A stretch of 20,000 bases of DNA from an uncultured virus (IMG/VR IMGVR_UViG_3300010885_037795) (Duplodnaviria; Heunggongvirae; Uroviricota; Caudoviricetes), in the IMG/VR virus record IMGVR_UViG_3300010885_037795, positions 54,020 to 74,019 of that record; one strand, given 5' to 3'. The translations under genes and the position numbers were made by a program. Positions 16,266 through 20,000 of this stretch are shown here, one piece after another. The notes beneath the pieces are model-generated. The model saw only the letters and a program-made list of their open reading frames with translations, was not told the origin of the DNA and searched no databases. Every line of letters starts with the position of its first letter. Within the stretch, counting starts at the first letter, position 1.

Positions 16266-16522
16266 TATTTTTGCGACAAGATATCAACTACCTGGCGCTT
16301 TTCCTTTTGGTAACGTAGCCAAGCATCTCGGACACCGTCCCAGAACATCCATTTCAGCATGTAGCTAAAAATAAAAAGCAATGGCGCAACTATTAGGTAG
16401 GGCTTGTAAGGCTCAGAGGCCGAAACACCTGCTCCAAAAATAAAGGCGCACACGATCCAGCCCTTTTGCCAGAACTCCCACTTGCGCCATTGCCACAGCA
16501 AAAAGTAAAATACTTCTTTCAT
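16265..16522 (-). CDS. Small two-TM membrane protein
   Basis: Trp-rich with two hydrophobic segments. TAATG overlaps at both ends. Confidence 0.7.
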   Translation of the reverse strand: MKEVFYFLLWQWRKWEFWQKGWIVCAFIFGAGVSASEPYKPYLIVAPLLFIFSYMLKWMFWDGVRDAWLRYQKEKRQVVDILSQK

Positions 16523-17802
16523 TAGTTCTCCACTTGTTCGTAGTGTGCCCAGATACCAAACTCAGGTTCTGCACTGGTGTTGCCTTTGATGATCCATACC
16601 GTGTCACAGTAGTTCTCAACTTCCTCGGGGCTCCACCCAAAGAAGCAGAAGTCAGTGAACATGATCAGCTTGTTGGGCTCAATTTCGTTTTCACGCAAGA
16701 ACTCCCAAACACAGTGAGGATCAGTACCACCACCACCACCTGGCTCATACTCCATGATATCTGCCATGTTGTCGCTTGTGAACTCTTGCAAGTTGTACAC
16801 CGCAGTGTCCCAAGTGATAACACGAATGCGATACTCGTCATAGCTCTCCATGATACCTTTCACTTCACTCAGGAAGATCTTGATATCGTTTTCGCTAATT
16901 GAACCCGAAGTGTCAATTGCCACAACCACATCCACAGTGTTACCTGGCTTCATGCCTGGCATGATAGCATCCATGTGCCAGCTCTTGCGGTTGGGACGAG
17001 ACCATGTAAAGTCGTTCTTGAATGTGCTTTCAATTTGCATTTGTAGCAGTTCGCGCCAGTCCATCTTGGACTCAGTCAAGTCTTTGATCAGACGTTGAAC
17101 ACCTGCGGGCAAGTTACCTGCACCTGCTTGTTGTGCGGCATTGAGCACAGCCTGACGGATCTCGTCTTTGATCTCTTGCTTTTCCTCTTCGGTCAGTCGT
17201 GGGCGGCCGTTACCTGGCTTGTCACCATCTCCGTCTCCGTCTCCGTCACCTTCGCCTTCACCGTTGCCGTCCAAGTGTTCGTCCAACAGCATGCCTGCCA
17301 ATTGATCCAGTGTGACTTGTTTCACGTTCTTCATCAAGTCATCATACACTTCTTCATATGCCATGCCGCGGTACTTGGGCTCATACAGCATGGGTACCAC
17401 GTTGATGCGCTCGCCAACCTTTTGGTCAATCAAGTCTGCATTAACGCAATAGTCTGCGGCAATGTTAGAGATCTTAGGATGACGATCCTGACGTCGGCCC
17501 ATGTGATCGTATACAGCATGGAGCACCTCGTGTCCAAACAAGAACTCCACTTGTTTGGCAGGCAGTTTGTTGATGAACTCACTGCAATAGTAGAAGTTGC
17601 GTCCGTCTGTGGCCGCAGTGCTCAACCAGTCGTCGGCATTGATCAGCTTCATACGTGTGGCAAGGTTGCCAAAGAACGGCGCCTTGAGTAACAGTGCAAT
17701 ACGAGCAGTGATCAGCTTCTCACGTGCAATCAGATCAATCTTGGGATCTGTTACAATCTTTGCTTTGGTTTTTTCTGTTGCTGTGGTTGTGTTATTAGAC
17801 AT
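16522..17802 (-). CDS. HExxH metallopeptidase-like domain plus VWA domain protein (DUF2201-like)
   Basis: TAATDG, HEVLH, NIAADY.VN, MIDAS motif DTSGS, GGGGTD and FTD. RBS AGGAG at 17808-17812. Confidence 0.85.
   Translation of the reverse strand: MSNNTTTATEKTKAKIVTDPKIDLIAREKLITARIALLLKAPFFGNLATRMKLINADDWLSTAATDGRNFYYCSEFINKLPAKQVEFLFGHEVLHAVYDHMGRRQDRHPKISNIAADYCVNADLIDQKVGERINVVPMLYEPKYRGMAYEEVYDDLMKNVKQVTLDQLAGMLLDEHLDGNGEGEGDGDGDGDGDKPGNGRPRLTEEEKQEIKDEIRQAVLNAAQQAGAGNLPAGVQRLIKDLTESKMDWRELLQMQIESTFKNDFTWSRPNRKSWHMDAIMPGMKPGNTVDVVVAIDTSGSISENDIKIFLSEVKGIMESYDEYRIRVITWDTAVYNLQEFTSDNMADIMEYEPGGGGGTDPHCVWEFLRENEIEPNKLIMFTDFCFFGWSPEEVENYCDTVWIIKGNTSAEPEFGIWAHYEQVEN
17221..17268 (-). repeat. 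In-frame 6-nt-period low-complexity repeat encoding a GNGEGEGDGDGDGDGD linker
   Basis: Tandem ccgtct/ccttc units on the plus strand, lying between the peptidase-like and VWA domains. Confidence 0.8.
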
Positions 17803-17827
17803 TCAGGCTCCTGTGTTGTATATAGTT

Positions 17828-17856
17828 ATTATACAATTTACTGCAATTTACGTCAA
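17828..17856 (-). promoter_or_regulatory. Sigma70-type promoter for the VWA gene
   Basis: Minus strand TTGACG (17856-17851), 17-nt spacer, TATAAT (17833-17828), followed by AGGAG and ATG. Confidence 0.8.
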
Positions 17857-17881
17857 CACAGGGGCCTCGGCCCCTGTGTTG
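17854..17881 (-). terminator. GC-rich hairpin directly after the AAA ATPase stop (terminator-like)
   Basis: Perfect 12-bp stem CAACACAGGGGC/GCCCCTGTGTTG with a 4-nt loop. The U-tract is weak. Confidence 0.6.
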
Positions 17882-17882
17882 T

Positions 17883-19007
17883 TTAACGTGTCTCTTTGGC
17901 ACTTGCCGCCAAGATGTACTTGCCAAAACGCTTGTGGAACTCGTCGAAGTTCTTGAGCTTGTTGGGAATCAATGGCAAGTTGTATGTGGTAAGTGCAACA
18001 CGAGCACCCATAACAACCAGCTCAGTTGTAAAGTTATCCATCATGAAACGGATAAAGTTATCGCACATGCCATGGAAACCATCCATCTTGGTCTTGTCAT
18101 TGCCAGCGGCAGTGTAGTGATCTTTCAGCTCGTAGCACAGGCTAATTGCCAAGGAGTACTGAGCACTGACCTCTTTGGTTTGCAGTGTAGTGACTTTGCC
18201 ACTGAGCACTTCTTCAGGCTTGGGCATCTGTCCTGCAATCTTGCGGTGAGCCATGAACTTGATAGCAACACCTTCACCTACAGTACCTGCAATCAAGTCT
18301 ACCAACTCTGCGTCAGGAGTGCCGTCATCCAACAGCTCGCTCACAAAAGTCCAAGAGCGTGGAGTAGCAAAACTGCGACCAGAACTACGTGGCTCAAAGT
18401 CAAACAGGTCCTGCTTGGCAAAGCCCAAGTAACCAACCACGTCCTTGTGCATCTTGTTCTTCACAGCCCAGGTCTCCCAAGACTGATAGTCCACACGCAT
18501 TTCCAAGTGAACGAAACGGTTTGCCAACGGTGCTGGCATGCGGTATGTGATACCTTTGTCGCTTTCACGGTTACCAGCCGCAACAATTACCACATTGTCT
18601 GGCAAGCGATAGTTGCCAACACGGCGGTTCAAAATAAGTTGATAACCAGATGCTTGCACAGCCGGAGCCGCGGCATTCATCTCGTCCAAGAACAACACCA
18701 CGATAGGATACTTTGCGGCAGTTTCTTCGCTGGGCAAGTCAATCGGAGGTGCCCAGTTCATCACGCCTTTGTCACGATCAAAGTAGGGGATGCCCTTCAG
18801 GTCAGTGGGCTCAAGCAAAGGCATGCGCAAGTCAATCATCAAACCATCCATCTCACTGGTAATGCCAGCAATCAGTTCGGACTTGCCGATCCCAGGAGGG
18901 CCCCAAAGGAACAGCGGACGCTTTTTGTCAAAGCACCGTAGAATGCTTTTACGTGCAGTGGTGCTGGTGACTGTACGATTTTCTGTAAGTTTCTCTTTTG
19001 TTGCCAT
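17883..19007 (-). CDS. MoxR/AAA_5-like AAA+ ATPase
   Basis: Walker A GPPGIGKS, Walker B LFLDE, AAGNR, PLANRF and TPRSW. RBS AGGAG at 19014-19018. Upstream of a VWA partner gene. Confidence 0.9.
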   Translation of the reverse strand: MATKEKLTENRTVTSTTARKSILRCFDKKRPLFLWGPPGIGKSELIAGITSEMDGLMIDLRMPLLEPTDLKGIPYFDRDKGVMNWAPPIDLPSEETAAKYPIVVLFLDEMNAAAPAVQASGYQLILNRRVGNYRLPDNVVIVAAGNRESDKGITYRMPAPLANRFVHLEMRVDYQSWETWAVKNKMHKDVVGYLGFAKQDLFDFEPRSSGRSFATPRSWTFVSELLDDGTPDAELVDLIAGTVGEGVAIKFMAHRKIAGQMPKPEEVLSGKVTTLQTKEVSAQYSLAISLCYELKDHYTAAGNDKTKMDGFHGMCDNFIRFMMDNFTTELVVMGARVALTTYNLPLIPNKLKNFDEFHKRFGKYILAASAKETR

Positions 19008-19039
19008 TGTGAACTCCTAGTTGATGAATTTGTATACGT

Positions 19040-19068
19040 AGTATACGATTAAACTGAATTATTGTCTA
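19040..19068 (-). promoter_or_regulatory. Sigma70-type promoter for the AAA ATPase gene
   Basis: Minus strand TAGACA (19068-19063), 17-nt spacer, TATACT (19045-19040). Confidence 0.7.
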
Positions 19069-19077
19069 TTTGTTTGT

Positions 19078-19095
19078 TGTTGTATTTTCACAACA
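19078..19095. promoter_or_regulatory. Palindromic operator-like site TGTTGT-N6-ACAACA
   Basis: Perfect 6-bp inverted repeat in the intergenic gap, just upstream of the -35 element. Confidence 0.45.
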
Positions 19096-19097
19096 CA

Positions 19098-19346
19098 TCA
19101 CAAATAGCCCCTGTAGCCAAAGCGATTGCTAATAGCATACCACTGGAAGAAGATGCTTTCGTATTCTGCCCATGTGCATGAACTCCATTCTTCTTCCTGT
19201 TCAAGTTGGTAAGGTTTAAGTGTGTTACCAAGCAAGGCCAACATGAGCTTTTTGTTGTGCTTAGTAACCTGAGCTCGTGCTGAGCCTTCCTTGGCATACA
19301 TGCCAATCAACTCACCTGAACCTTTTTTGTACACTATAAACTTCAT
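19098..19346 (-). CDS. Small hypothetical protein
   Basis: Likely start is ATG 19346 (MKFIVYKK), 1 nt after the upstream stop. Confidence 0.6.
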   Translation of the reverse strand: MKFIVYKKGSGELIGMYAKEGSARAQVTKHNKKLMLALLGNTLKPYQLEQEEEWSSCTWAEYESIFFQWYAISNRFGYRGYL

Positions 19347-19347
19347 T

Positions 19348-19743
19348 TTACCAACTCGAATTATAAAACACTCGCCAGCCACGGGTTATTTCTGCCCGGG
19401 CCTCATTAATGAACTTCAGGTCCTCGGCCTGGTAGTGATCGTCGGCGTCATTGCCAAAGAAAAATCCAGACGTGCCGGGTAGTTCCTTATGCTTGACCAC
19501 GTATTCCAATCTGTCCAGATCTTCCCAAGTGAGCTCCAGCTCATCGCCATTGAAGCTACCTGAGTGGCCTTTTTCTTCCCACAGCTTGTGCATCCAACCA
19601 TGCAGGTTAGGATGCTTGCGCCAGTAGGCAATCTCACGAGGCTTGGCCACAGGACCAGAGTCCGTTTCGTAGTCATAGCTCTCGTAGTACTCTTTCATCT
19701 CATCTTTTTTCTTTGCCACGTAGGCGTACATATCTAGTCCCAT
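19348..19743 (-). CDS. Phage-type hypothetical protein (MGLDMY...YWRKH...FFFG...YNSSW)
   Basis: 131-aa acidic ORF with GGAG upstream. The motif pattern is familiar from phage hypotheticals; function unknown. Confidence 0.75.
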   Translation of the reverse strand: MGLDMYAYVAKKKDEMKEYYESYDYETDSGPVAKPREIAYWRKHPNLHGWMHKLWEEKGHSGSFNGDELELTWEDLDRLEYVVKHKELPGTSGFFFGNDADDHYQAEDLKFINEARAEITRGWRVFYNSSW

Positions 19744-19744
19744 A

Positions 19745-19969
19745 TCAACTCCATGCTTTAACTAAACCTGCCACACAAACCAACACACCCACTGAGTTCA
19801 CGATCAGTTGCGGGCGATTGGCTACCCTAATGCTCCATGCAAAAAACAGCACACCGCCTGCACAACCCATCACAATGTTCCACGGGTGCAAGTGTGGAAA
19901 GAAACTCATTATAGAGTACATGGTGATGAAACAGGCAGTACCTGTCCATTGTAGCACATTATTAATCAT
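19745..19969 (-). CDS. Small three-TM membrane protein
   Basis: Three hydrophobic segments. AGGAG at 19976-19980 favours ATG 19969 as the start. Confidence 0.65.
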   Translation of the reverse strand: MINNVLQWTGTACFITMYSIMSFFPHLHPWNIVMGCAGGVLFFAWSIRVANRPQLIVNSVGVLVCVAGLVKAWS

Positions 19970-20000
19970 ACGCAACTCCTGGCATCTTCTTTTTACCTTC
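19962..20000 (-). CDS. Probable 3' end of a gene entering from the right edge (EGKKKMPGVAYD*)
   Basis: Open frame from the window end to a TAA that overlaps the next start by 8 nt, the same overlap seen at 1131-1138. Confidence 0.3.
   Translation of the reverse strand, partial: EGKKKMPGVAYD

Noticed and set aside
17221..17268. Tandem repeat as a CRISPR array or contingency locus
   Set aside because: It is a short, degenerate, in-frame hexamer repeat encoding a Gly/Asp linker. There are no spacers or cas genes.
17934..18941. 335-aa plus-strand ORF antisense to the AAA ATPase (also 17095-17691 opposite the VWA gene)
   Set aside because: These are antisense shadows of strongly codon-biased genes. 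They have no recognisable motifs or expression signals.
1..20000. tRNA/rRNA genes, introns, inteins, transposases, integrases
   Set aside because: Almost all sequence is coding, the few gaps are under about 90 nt and explained by promoters or hairpins, and no such motifs were recognised. tRNAscan or Infernal would be needed to exclude them formally.

Overview
This 20 kb window is gene-dense, with many ATGA/TAATG gene overlaps. It looks like part of a large tailed-phage genome; that is an inference from the thyA-dfr pair, MoxR-AAA/VWA pair, short hypotheticals, sigma70-like promoters and a TAAATA motif, and no virion genes are present. Two convergent blocks meet at about 9.6 kb. The plus-strand block (1-9653) encodes three radical SAM enzymes with N-terminal twitch/SPASM-like Cys domains, two SGNH/GDSL-like proteins, an unlisted 32-aa peptide, a NodU/CmcH/TobZ-type O-carbamoyltransferase and a 668-aa repeat protein ending in a glycosyltransferase-like domain. 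The minus-strand block runs from small early-type genes through AAA ATPase, HExxH-VWA protein, hypotheticals, DHFR and ThyA to an NDP-sugar SDR epimerase, a clear DesII-family radical SAM enzyme and a DesV/EryCI-like PLP aminotransferase. The main candidates for novelty are (1) a DesII-based deoxy/amino-sugar pathway lacking DesI, facing a radical SAM/carbamoyl/acyl tailoring cluster, (2) SD-preceded, membrane-protein-like ORFs nested in the +1 frame of enzyme genes, and (3) a hairpin/promoter/anti-RBS element between the AAA and VWA genes. All family calls come from motif recognition, not database searches.
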